Of a stretch of DNA of 64,000 nt, positions 48,982 to 64,000 are shown piece after piece. The notes beneath the pieces were generated by a model, which was not told the DNA's origin, did not search any database, and worked only from the letters and a program-made list of their open reading frames with translations. How positions within the stretch are numbered: the stretch's first letter is position 1; each line of letters begins with the position of its first letter. The position numbers and the translations under genes are program-made. The stretch lies in IMG/VR virus record IMGVR_UViG_3300027969_000039, positions 186,001 through 250,000 of that record. One strand, given 5' to 3'.

Positions 48982-50178
48982 ATGTCAAAAGTATTATTAG
49001 AAGGACGTTGGAACGAGACCAAGGAAGCCCTGTTAGAAGGTCTAAAAGGAACTCGCAAGTCAACAATGAGTGTTATCTTAGAAAACACTAAAAAGCAACT
49101 ACTTGCTGAATCTTCAGCAGGTACAACAACTGCTGGTAACATCGCTACATTAAACCGTGTGATTCTTCCAGTTATCCGTCGTGTTATGCCAACCGTTATC
49201 GCTAACGAATTGGTAGGCGTTCAGCCAATGACAGGACCAGTTGGTCAGATCCATACTCTACGTGTTCGTTATGCTCAGTCATTAACAGACAATAGTGCTG
49301 CTCAAACTAGCGTTACAGCTGGTCAAGAAGCATTAAGTCCATTCTTGATTGCTCAAGCGTATTCACGTACACCTCAAGCTGATACAAGCACAAGTTACTA
49401 CACTGGTAACGATACTGCTGCGCTTGAAGGTAACGGTGGTAAGCAAATCTCTGTGCAAATCTTGCGTCAAGCTGTTGAAGCTAAGTCACGTAAGTTACAA
49501 GCACGTTGGACATTTGAAGCTGCTCAAGACGCACAATCACAACATGGGATTGACGTTGAAGCAGAAATCATGGCAGCACTAGCACAAGAAATTACTGCTG
49601 AAATCGACCAAGAGATTCTATTGTCACTTGCTACTCTAGCTACAACTGAGTACACATACAACCAAGCTACTGTATCTGGTACAGCTACATACGTTGGTGA
49701 TGAACATGCTGCACTAGCTGTTCTTATCAATCGTGTTGCTAACTTGATCGCTCAACGTACCCGTCGTGGTGCTGGTAACTGGGCTGTTGTATCTCCAGCT
49801 AGCTTGACAGTATTGCAATCTGCAACTACTTCAGCTTTTGCTCGTACAACAGAAGGTACATTCGAAGCACCTACAAACACTAAGTTTGTTGGTACATTGA
49901 ATGGCGCTATGCGTGTATTCGTAAACTCTTATGCACCTGATACACAACCAGTATTGGTTGGTTATAAAGGTTCAAGCGAAACTGATGCAGCAGCATTCTA
50001 TTGCCCATACATTCCATTGATGAGCAGTGGTGTTGTTCTAGATCCATCAACATTCGAACCAGTCGTGTCATTTATGACTCGTTATGGTTACATCGAATTA
50101 ACTAACACAGCGTCATCTTTCGGTAACGCTGCTGACTACGTTGGTGAAATCGCAGTTCAAAATCTAACATTCCAATAA
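48982..50178 (+). CDS. gp23: Major capsid protein, gp23-like
   Basis: VGVQPMTGPVGQI; VEAKSRKLQARWTFEAAQD...HGIDVEAE; RTRRGAGN; GYKG...DAAAFYCPYIPL; DPSTFEP..SFMTRYG. Confidence 0.97.
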   Translation: MSKVLLEGRWNETKEALLEGLKGTRKSTMSVILENTKKQLLAESSAGTTTAGNIATLNRVILPVIRRVMPTVIANELVGVQPMTGPVGQIHTLRVRYAQSLTDNSAAQTSVTAGQEALSPFLIAQAYSRTPQADTSTSYYTGNDTAALEGNGGKQISVQILRQAVEAKSRKLQARWTFEAAQDAQSQHGIDVEAEIMAALAQEITAEIDQEILLSLATLATTEYTYNQATVSGTATYVGDEHAALAVLINRVANLIAQRTRRGAGNWAVVSPASLTVLQSATTSAFARTTEGTFEAPTNTKFVGTLNGAMRVFVNSYAPDTQPVLVGYKGSSETDAAAFYCPYIPLMSSGVVLDPSTFEPVVSFMTRYGYIELTNTASSFGNAADYVGEIAVQNLTFQ

Positions 50179-50220
50179 AAACGGAATCAAACTTTTACCC
50201 TCGGGATGGGAAGTTTACTT

Positions 50221-50244
50221 AAAGGGCTCTTCGGAGCCTTTTTT
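50221..50244 (+). terminator. Rho-independent terminator after the major capsid gene
   Basis: AAAGGGCTC-TTCG-GAGCCTTTTTT (UUCG tetraloop, U-tract); late promoter ATAAATA follows at 50253-50259. Confidence 0.9.
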
Positions 50245-50280
50245 GTTTTTGCATAAATACTATATAACAATGGAATAATT

Positions 50281-51864
50281 ATGGCATCAGAACCTTTTAA
50301 CAGCGTAGGCGGATACACAGTTGGTATACCACCTACGCCGGTAGTTAATAATAGTGGAGTGGTAGTCGGAGATGTTAACACTGATTACGTACTAGCTAAC
50401 ACTGTTCTTACAGATAATTTACGCTATGCAAATGGGGCAAGATATGTACCAGGAAGCAATACACAACTAGTATTTAATAATAGTAATAGTTTTGGAGCAA
50501 GTGCTAATTTAACTTTTAATAGCACAACTAATTTTTTAACAACTACTAATCTTAATGTTACAGGAGCTGCATCATTGGGTAATGTAGCAAATGTTTCTAT
50601 ATTGGGTGGATTGAATGGATACTTCTTACAGACTGATGGATTAGGTCAATTGACTTGGGCAGCAGGTGGTAATGGTGGAGGTGGAAACGGAAATCCAGGC
50701 GGCTCTAATACTCAAGTTCAGTTTAATAATGCTGGAAGTTTTGGTGGAGATGCTGGATTTACTTATGATCAAAACACAAATACTTTAGTTGTACCTAACG
50801 TAAATTCACCTAACTTTACTGGTAATCTTACTGGAGTAGCATCAACAGCATTAACAGCAAATACAGTTATTAATAGTTCTCAACCTAATATTGTAAGCGT
50901 AGGAACACTTGTAAATTTAAGTGTAACTGGTGCAGTAACAGGACAAAGTTTTGCAGGAGACGGCGGCAATTTATCAAATATCACAGCAGCTAATTTAGTG
51001 GGCAGTGTTCCTTTAGCTGCACATGTAACTAGTAATGCTCAGCCAAATATAACAAGTGTAGGAAATCTACTTGTATTAGAAGTTGCAGGAACTGCGACCG
51101 CAGGTAATTTAAATTCAAGCAATAGAATAAGCGGTGGTAATCTATTCATTACGGGCAATGTTAGTGTTGGTGGAAATATCTCTTTTGCTTCAGCTAACTC
51201 ATTTGTAGCAAATGCTAATATCATTGAATTTAATAGTTCAAATGTTAACTTAGGGGATGCTAGTTATATTCATATATTAGGTGGTTTCAATGGACAAGTA
51301 CTAGGCACAGATGGTCAAGGAAATCTATCATGGGTCAATGGCGGAGGCGGCGGAGGTGGCGGCACTCCAGTAGGCCCTAACACAGCAATTCAATATAACA
51401 ACGGCGGAATATTTGGCGGTACTAGTCGTTTTACTTGGAATAATTCAAGTAGTACCATGAGCGTAGCAGGAAATTTAATAGCTAATAGCTTAACAGTTGG
51501 ATCAGGGATTTATCAATTTGCTACAACTTCAGTATACACAGCAACAACTGCAAGCACTAGTGCTAATCAAACTATTTGGTCTGTTCCATCGTCATTGGTA
51601 TCAGCAGTAGAATTTACAATAGTATCAACAAATATAACAGCTAACACAAGAACAACAGTCAAAATTGCATCTACTATTTTAGGTAGTGCAGTTGACTACA
51701 ACAAATATGCAGGACTAGAAATTAACGGCGGCGTGGGTAATTTTAATGTTGCATTTAATGCAGGTAATTTAACTATACCCCCAAGTTTAGTACTTAGGGT
51801 TACTCCATTATCAGCTTCATCTTGTAATTATAACATGGTAATCACACAGTACGCCGAGATTTAA
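50281..51864 (+). CDS. Fibre/decoration-like virion protein, 527 aa
   Basis: Three GSNTQ.QFN...FG modules, two LG....I.GG.NG..L.TDG.G.L.W modules, QPNITSVG repeats, poly-Gly linkers. Confidence 0.7.
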   Translation: MASEPFNSVGGYTVGIPPTPVVNNSGVVVGDVNTDYVLANTVLTDNLRYANGARYVPGSNTQLVFNNSNSFGASANLTFNSTTNFLTTTNLNVTGAASLGNVANVSILGGLNGYFLQTDGLGQLTWAAGGNGGGGNGNPGGSNTQVQFNNAGSFGGDAGFTYDQNTNTLVVPNVNSPNFTGNLTGVASTALTANTVINSSQPNIVSVGTLVNLSVTGAVTGQSFAGDGGNLSNITAANLVGSVPLAAHVTSNAQPNITSVGNLLVLEVAGTATAGNLNSSNRISGGNLFITGNVSVGGNISFASANSFVANANIIEFNSSNVNLGDASYIHILGGFNGQVLGTDGQGNLSWVNGGGGGGGGTPVGPNTAIQYNNGGIFGGTSRFTWNNSSSTMSVAGNLIANSLTVGSGIYQFATTSVYTATTASTSANQTIWSVPSSLVSAVEFTIVSTNITANTRTTVKIASTILGSAVDYNKYAGLEINGGVGNFNVAFNAGNLTIPPSLVLRVTPLSASSCNYNMVITQYAEI

Positions 51865-51899
51865 TGGGTAAATGATAAATAATACAAAGGGGATATTTT

Positions 51900-54800
51900 A
51901 TGGCACTTAGAGCACTCAATTCGATAGGCGGTTTCTCAGTTGGAGACAATCCGCAACAAAACATCATTTTAGCTAATGGTGATATTACTTCCAACAACTT
52001 TTCTGCTAATGGGTTTGCCAACATTAACGGTAATTTAACCGCTAACTTTGCTAATTTTAGTGGTAACTTAAACATATCAAATAGTAACGCAAATTGGGGT
52101 GTTTTAACTGATAATCTATATTATAGTAATGGTGCACCGTGGGACATGTCAAACCCAGCGGGTGCAAATGGATATATTCAGTACTATGATGATGGTAATT
52201 TTGGTGCTAGTGCTAATTTTCAATTTACTGCTTCTACGAATACCTTACAAGTTACCGGTACAGCAAATGTTACAGGTAACTTAAATGTATCAGACACTCT
52301 TGCTGGCAACATTGCCAACTTTAGTGGTAATTTAACTGCTCTAAATGCTAATCTTGGTAATCTTGCTACTGCTAACTATGTAAATATAGCACAAACATTA
52401 AATGGCAATGTTGCTAACTTTAGTGGTAATTTAAAATCAGCTAATGCTAATTTAGGTAATCTAGTTACTGCTAACTTTGCAAACTTTACCAATGATATAG
52501 TTGTTCAAGGCAACATCGCTAATGCTAATAATGTAAGTATAACATATGAACTAGCCGGTAATACTGCTAACTTCAGTGGTAATATCACTTCTTTAAATGC
52601 TAATTTAGGCAACTTAGCTACTGCTAATTTTGTAAATGTATCTAGTAATTTAAATGTAACTAATACTGCTAATGTTGGTAATCTAAATGTTACAAATAAT
52701 GTAACAAGTAATTTAATTCCTAATGTATCTAACACATATACATTGGGTAATCTTACAAACATGTGGAAAGACTTGTACTTGTCGGGTACAAGTATTTACA
52801 TCGGTACACAAAACATAACAGCAAATGGCACTAGTATTGCAGTAAGTAATGATTTTGCTGCAAATAGTTTCTTTGCTACAAATAATGTAACTGCAAATGG
52901 TAATGTTTATGCAAATGCAGGTGGTGCTGCCGGTTATATCTATGCTAACTTTGCAAATGTTCAAAGTAACTTGTATGTTGGTGCTAATGCCAATATTGTT
53001 AACACACTAACTGCTGCTAATATCAAAGACACAAACTTAGCAAATACACAAATTGTTTTTGCTAATGCTGCTAATACTTTAAGTGGCAGCGCAAACTTTG
53101 TATTCGATGCTACATCAAATACATTGTCCGTTGATAATGCAAATCTAACAGGCACTTTAAATGGCAACATTGCTAACTTCATTGGGAACTTAACATCATT
53201 AAATGCTAACTTAGGTAACTTAGCAACTGCTAACTATGTAAACATAGCAACACAACTTAATGGTAATGTTGGTAATTTCAGTGGTAATGTTACTGCTGCT
53301 AACTTTATTACAAGTGGTTCAGGTGGTAACATCAGCGGTGCTAATGTTGTAAGTGCTAATAGTTTCTTAGCTATCGGTGGTACAGCAAACTTCAGTAATA
53401 CAAGTAATGTTGCATTAGGTAGTGTAAGTAATTTACATATCACAGGCGGAAGTAATGGTTATGTATTGACTACTGACGGCACTGGCAATGTAGCGTGGGA
53501 AGAAACTGCTCAATCAAATCAAATTTTTAATGGCAATAGTAATGTAACTATTGCTGATCCAAATGGTAATGTAACTATTACTGCAAATGCAGGTTCTGCT
53601 TACACCTGGACATTTGCTAATACAAATGGTTCATTCAATGCACCGGGCGACGGTAGTTTTGTTGGTGTTATTGGCGCTAATGCTATAACAGCTAACGGTA
53701 ATATAACTGCAAATGGTAATGTTTATGCAAATTCAGGCGGCGGTGATGGTTATGTTTATGCTAACTTTGCAAATATTTCTACTGATTTATTTGTTGGTGC
53801 TAATGCCAATATCGTTGACACATTAACTGCTAATACTGCTAACATCACTAATCTTAATGTAGCGAATATCAGTACTACTGGCAATATCACAGCAAATAAC
53901 GCAACAATTAATTTAGAATTAGCTGGTAATACTGCTAACTTCAGTGGTAACGTTAAATTTAATGGTGCTGAAGCTAATATAGCTAATGCTTTATATGTTG
54001 GTACAAATGCTAACATAGGTGGCAACTTGAATGTAGTTGGTAATATTGCTAATGTTAATAACATCAGTGTAACAACTAATATTACTTCTAATAGTGCAAA
54101 CTTCACTGGTTTCTTACAAGGTGCAAATGCTAACTTTACAGGTAATGTAAATGCTGTAAACTTCATCGGTAACCTTGCTAATGGTGCAAGTAATGTACAA
54201 ATTGATAATGGTGGTAATATCAGATTCAGCCCAGGTACTGGATATGCAAATGCTGTAATTTTTAGTTCAGGTGGTGTTGATACAATTGGTTATGTAACTG
54301 CTAATGGTAATATCACATCAAATACTGGATTTGTTTCTAATACTGTAACAGCATTTGCTAATACTGCTCTAACTCTTAATGCAGGTACAGCAACTGGTGC
54401 AGCTAACATAAATGTTGTTCTTGTACCATCAGGTAATGGTACTGTTGATGTCTCTAGTAAGAGAATCACAAGTGTAGCAGCTCCAACAAGTGACTCTGAT
54501 GCTGCTAATAAAGCATATGTTGATAGCGTAGCACAAGGGTTGAATATTAAGGCATCAGTTCGTGTTGCTACATATGCTGCACTTCCAGCGTATACTTATA
54601 ACAATGGTACAGCTGGTGTAGGCGCAACTATTACTGCTAATGCATTTGGTGCATTAGTTGTTGATGGTCAAACAATTTCAACAATAGGCACTCGTGTCTT
54701 AGTCAAGAATGAAACTGCTGGCAATGCTCCTTATAACGGTATATACACACTAACAACAGCAGGCGGCGTTGCTGATTATTTCGTATTGACTCGTTCATTG

Positions 54801-55976
54801 GATATGAATGTAGCAATAGAATTTGATGGTGCATTCACTTTCGTTTCTGTTGGTACTGAAAATGCAGATACTGGTTGGGTACAAACAGGGGAAATTGTTA
54901 CAGTTGGTACAACTCCTGTAGTTTGGACACAGTTCTCTGGTGCTGGTCAATATACTGCAAATACTAGTGCTGGTTTAGCATTAAACGGCACAGTATTCAG
55001 TGCTAAGGTTGATGGTAACACTAACCCAACAACTGCGTTTGACGGTAACGGTAATATTTATGTTCCAGCTGGAGCAGCGTTCACGACACCAAATATTGGT
55101 GCTGCAACTGGTACAAGTATTGACTTATCTGGTAATGTATTAGCGGCTAATATTAATTCTAACGCAATGATTACGACTGCTAATCTTGAAGTTAGTGCTA
55201 ATATCTTAACTAATAATATTACTGCTAATGCTAGTGCTAACATTGTTGGTAACTTAAGTGCTAATAATGCTACTGTTACTAACTTATTAACAGTTAGTGG
55301 AAATGCCAATGTTGCTTTAACATTAAATGGTAATGTTGCTAACTTTACTGGTAACTTAACCGCTGCTAATGCTAACTTAGGTAACTTAGCAACAGCTAAT
55401 TATGTAAATGTAGCAACACAGATTAATGGTAATGTTGCTAACTTCAGCGGTAACTTAACTGCACTTAATGCTAACTTAGGTAACTTAGCTACTGCTAACT
55501 ATGTAAATGTAGCTAATGACTTGAATGTTGTTGGTACTGCTAATATTGCTAATGTTTCTATAACAGGTAATATCACTGCTAATAATATTACTTCTAATAA
55601 CATTATAGCAATGCAACAAGCCAATATTGGCAACACATTGATTAAATGGGCAAACACTACAACAACTAGTACTGGTGCTAATCAAACTATTGCATATTAC
55701 ACTATATCAAGTACTGATATCGTTGGTGTAGAGTTCTTAGTAAAAAGTTATGATTCCACTCCCGGCGACACTAAATACAGTGTAGCAACAGTGCAAGCAG
55801 TTACTAATGGAACGGCTGCAGATTATGCTGTATTTGGAACAGTTAGATTAGGTAATACTACTGGTATGCTAGCAGTTAATATGAGTATTGTTGGACCAAC
55901 AGCAAATATTAACTTGCAAGTTACCCCAGCTAGCAGCAACACTACAGTATGGACTACACAGTATAGATTGATTTAA
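51900..55976 (+). CDS. Long Asn/Ala-rich fibre protein, 1358 aa
   Basis: Six copies of a ~33-aa ANFSGNLTALNANLGNLATANYVN unit; DAANKAYVD...GLNIKASVRVAT fibre motif; ATAAATA at 51875-51881. Confidence 0.75.
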   Translation: MALRALNSIGGFSVGDNPQQNIILANGDITSNNFSANGFANINGNLTANFANFSGNLNISNSNANWGVLTDNLYYSNGAPWDMSNPAGANGYIQYYDDGNFGASANFQFTASTNTLQVTGTANVTGNLNVSDTLAGNIANFSGNLTALNANLGNLATANYVNIAQTLNGNVANFSGNLKSANANLGNLVTANFANFTNDIVVQGNIANANNVSITYELAGNTANFSGNITSLNANLGNLATANFVNVSSNLNVTNTANVGNLNVTNNVTSNLIPNVSNTYTLGNLTNMWKDLYLSGTSIYIGTQNITANGTSIAVSNDFAANSFFATNNVTANGNVYANAGGAAGYIYANFANVQSNLYVGANANIVNTLTAANIKDTNLANTQIVFANAANTLSGSANFVFDATSNTLSVDNANLTGTLNGNIANFIGNLTSLNANLGNLATANYVNIATQLNGNVGNFSGNVTAANFITSGSGGNISGANVVSANSFLAIGGTANFSNTSNVALGSVSNLHITGGSNGYVLTTDGTGNVAWEETAQSNQIFNGNSNVTIADPNGNVTITANAGSAYTWTFANTNGSFNAPGDGSFVGVIGANAITANGNITANGNVYANSGGGDGYVYANFANISTDLFVGANANIVDTLTANTANITNLNVANISTTGNITANNATINLELAGNTANFSGNVKFNGAEANIANALYVGTNANIGGNLNVVGNIANVNNISVTTNITSNSANFTGFLQGANANFTGNVNAVNFIGNLANGASNVQIDNGGNIRFSPGTGYANAVIFSSGGVDTIGYVTANGNITSNTGFVSNTVTAFANTALTLNAGTATGAANINVVLVPSGNGTVDVSSKRITSVAAPTSDSDAANKAYVDSVAQGLNIKASVRVATYAALPAYTYNNGTAGVGATITANAFGALVVDGQTISTIGTRVLVKNETAGNAPYNGIYTLTTAGGVADYFVLTRSLDMNVAIEFDGAFTFVSVGTENADTGWVQTGEIVTVGTTPVVWTQFSGAGQYTANTSAGLALNGTVFSAKVDGNTNPTTAFDGNGNIYVPAGAAFTTPNIGAATGTSIDLSGNVLAANINSNAMITTANLEVSANILTNNITANASANIVGNLSANNATVTNLLTVSGNANVALTLNGNVANFTGNLTAANANLGNLATANYVNVATQINGNVANFSGNLTALNANLGNLATANYVNVANDLNVVGTANIANVSITGNITANNITSNNIIAMQQANIGNTLIKWANTTTTSTGANQTIAYYTISSTDIVGVEFLVKSYDSTPGDTKYSVATVQAVTNGTAADYAVFGTVRLGNTTGMLAVNMSIVGPTANINLQVTPASSNTTVWTTQYRLI

Positions 55977-55979
55977 TAA

Positions 55980-58307
55980 ATGGCAACTCAAGCATTCAAC
56001 GCGGATACCGGGGTTAGCGTTGGAAGCAGTGCTAGTCTTGTAATTGATGCTAACAGAAACGCAAATTTTGCGAATGTTAGCGCCAACCTTGGAAATTTTT
56101 CTGGCAATGTTTCTACCAATAGCTTCTTTGTAGGAGACGGTGGTTATTTAACCAATATAAGTTCCGGCGGCTCTAGCTTAAATGTAAGTCAATACACGAC
56201 TGGAACAATTAGTAATACAGTAACAAGTGTAGCTAATTTATTATTTGACACCACAACAGGTTTTAGTGTAACTAATTTAGGTAATGGCAATGCATTAATT
56301 CAATTAGGTAGTTCATTCAAAACTTGGGAAGTTGCAGGTCAAACCAGTCTTGTTGCGGTAGGTGAAGATACTGTACAGTTCATAGCCGGCTCTGGTATAG
56401 ATATCACAACTAATGCCTTAGCATACCCACAACAAATCACATTCTCTGCTAATTTAGGAAACATCTCAGACAATGAGATTAGCAATGGAACTAGTAATGT
56501 TTCTATCCCAACAGCAAATGGTAATGTTTTCATATCAGTCAATGGTAACGCAAATGTAGCAGTGGTTACTAGCACTGGTGCCAATATCAATGGAACATTA
56601 ACTGTAAGCAATACAGTAACTATCTCAAATACAGCAGGTGGAGCAACGAACATTGCATTAGGTAGTCCTAGTCAAGGAAATCTAGTAAGCAATGCAATAT
56701 CTTTTACCACGGACTCAACAGTGTCAAACGCCATCGCCCAATTAAATACAGTATTAGGGAAATTAGTTCCCCCGTCTCCCCCTAATTTCCCTGCCAGTCA
56801 ATCAATAACTATTAATAGCTTGTCATCATATCGTATGGCAAACTATGTTCAAACTGATAATACTCCTGGCGCAAACAAATCAGTAGCAGGTGGAACAACG
56901 GTATCAACCGTAACCAGAGTAGCAACATACACTACAAGCAATATAGCTAACGCTGGCCCGGGTGATAGTGGAACAATTACTGCATTTCTGAATGGCGCCA
57001 ATGCAGGAAGTAGAATACTTACTACTAGTTTAAATGGAAACGGTGTTTATAGTAATTTAGTTATATTCAATAATGCTGACTATAATACAGTCAATGCAAA
57101 TATTACTGCCGGGTTTTGGAGTGTGTTTTCTTCAAGAGCCTCAGGTACAGTAACTCAAGGTTGGAATGAAGTATACATAAGAGATTCAGCTACTAGTAAC
57201 ACTAATACTGCAAATTGGTTCTATGATTCAAGTTCACCCGGCACTCCCACATTCAGTTCACTATCAATAACTGCGCCCGGGTCACCTACTTATACATACT
57301 CAAGTACTGTTCCACATTATGCTAATACTAATAATTTTACCATTGGATTTAACTGTACAAAATTAAGTGGAAACATGTATCCAGTGAGTGATGCGTTTGT
57401 AACAGGAACAGCAGGTGGCGCATTTGCTGCACCAACATCAGTAACATACGCTACGGCAGGCGTTACTACACCACTAGCACAAAATTTATATGTAAGTTCT
57501 GGTTCGCAAGCAGTATCAACTACTAGTAGTATAATATCAGGATTTGGTGCAAGTACAACTGGACCAAGTGTTAATGTACTAAACAGTTATGCTACTGGAA
57601 CACAGTCATTCACTACTACATTAGGTGCCAATGTATTATATAAAACAGGAACAGTAAGTTCATTGAGTGTTATACAAGAAGCTAATATTTATATTGGTTC
57701 AACGATAGGGGTTGGATCTGGATTAGCATTTAGAATATTAAACCCAGGTGCAAGTAATACTCCATACTTTACAGGATATGAAACTGCATTTGATAGTCAG
57801 TCAAGTTTATTAAGAGTATACGATGCAACCGTAGTAGCAAATGTATTAAAACATGATCAAACAAATTACTCAACGGGTTATTTACCAGTTGGCCCTGATT
57901 TAAGCACTGGTAGAAGTGGTACACAGTATTTTACTTTTAAAGTTGTTAGAACATCTGTATCTAAATTTGATGTAGGATGGTCAGGGAACATAGCTGGATT
58001 ATGGGTAGCTTTGCCTGGAAGTACCATTGATAACACTTCAACTGCAAATGGTTGGTTAGATATGACAGTTTCGTATGCTGGAGCAGGAGTTCCGGGTGCG
58101 AATGTAGCTGCTGGTGGTAATGGAAGTGACGGTTCTGCATTGGGAGGAACAGCTCCGATAAATATAGTACAGACAAATAAATTCATTACTGCGACCTTTG
58201 GAACTGTAAGTAGTTCTAGTACAGCACAAAATGAAATTTATTTAAGGGTAGGATTAACAAGCGGACAAACTGTTACAGCATTATCATTGAGAGCGGCAAG
58301 CAACTAA
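55980..58307 (+). CDS. Ser/Thr/Gly-rich virion structural protein, 775 aa
   Basis: In the fibre operon; shares its N-terminal motif and ISNGTSNVSI...NGNV module with neighbouring genes. Confidence 0.65.
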   Translation: MATQAFNADTGVSVGSSASLVIDANRNANFANVSANLGNFSGNVSTNSFFVGDGGYLTNISSGGSSLNVSQYTTGTISNTVTSVANLLFDTTTGFSVTNLGNGNALIQLGSSFKTWEVAGQTSLVAVGEDTVQFIAGSGIDITTNALAYPQQITFSANLGNISDNEISNGTSNVSIPTANGNVFISVNGNANVAVVTSTGANINGTLTVSNTVTISNTAGGATNIALGSPSQGNLVSNAISFTTDSTVSNAIAQLNTVLGKLVPPSPPNFPASQSITINSLSSYRMANYVQTDNTPGANKSVAGGTTVSTVTRVATYTTSNIANAGPGDSGTITAFLNGANAGSRILTTSLNGNGVYSNLVIFNNADYNTVNANITAGFWSVFSSRASGTVTQGWNEVYIRDSATSNTNTANWFYDSSSPGTPTFSSLSITAPGSPTYTYSSTVPHYANTNNFTIGFNCTKLSGNMYPVSDAFVTGTAGGAFAAPTSVTYATAGVTTPLAQNLYVSSGSQAVSTTSSIISGFGASTTGPSVNVLNSYATGTQSFTTTLGANVLYKTGTVSSLSVIQEANIYIGSTIGVGSGLAFRILNPGASNTPYFTGYETAFDSQSSLLRVYDATVVANVLKHDQTNYSTGYLPVGPDLSTGRSGTQYFTFKVVRTSVSKFDVGWSGNIAGLWVALPGSTIDNTSTANGWLDMTVSYAGAGVPGANVAAGGNGSDGSALGGTAPINIVQTNKFITATFGTVSSSSTAQNEIYLRVGLTSGQTVTALSLRAASN

Positions 58308-58314
58308 CTAAATC

Positions 58315-64000
<5,686 letters not shown>

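Noticed and set aside
44232-50178. Inteins or introns in portal, protease or capsid genes (also checked gp46/gp47)
   Set aside because: Sizes and motif spacing are normal; no intein-like C...HN insert seen.

Overview
A 64-kb, AT-rich, densely coding segment of a large T4-superfamily myovirus, only distantly related to T4. It has four parts. (1) Bases 1-33.8 kb, minus strand: baseplate/tail operon with a tube-initiator-like gene, gp53-like, hub-like, gp5/VgrG-like spike, gp25, gp6, a 6459-aa giant wedge/adhesin protein and downstream fibre/structural genes. (2) 33.9-39.2 kb, plus strand: late sigma factor gp55, gp47/gp46 (Mre11/Rad50), a free-standing HNH homing endonuclease and an Hjc-type resolvase. 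(3) A ~490-bp non-coding, hairpin-rich interval, then a gp26-like tail chaperone on the minus strand with a probable programmed -1 frameshift. (4) 40.8-64 kb, plus strand: tape measure with an M15 peptidase, portal, protease, scaffold, major capsid, and four fibre-like genes ending in a >1895-aa collagen-like protein. The strongest signals not explained by the ORF track are the candidate large structured RNA with ssDNA-type hairpins just downstream of the resolvase, the T-TTT-TTC frameshift in the chaperone gene, a TGTGA-N6-TCACA (CRP-like) palindrome over the promoter of an apparently leaderless gp47 mRNA, and a Pro-free collagen of about 490 Gly-X-Y triplets. All family calls come from motif recognition by eye. 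No database searches were run.
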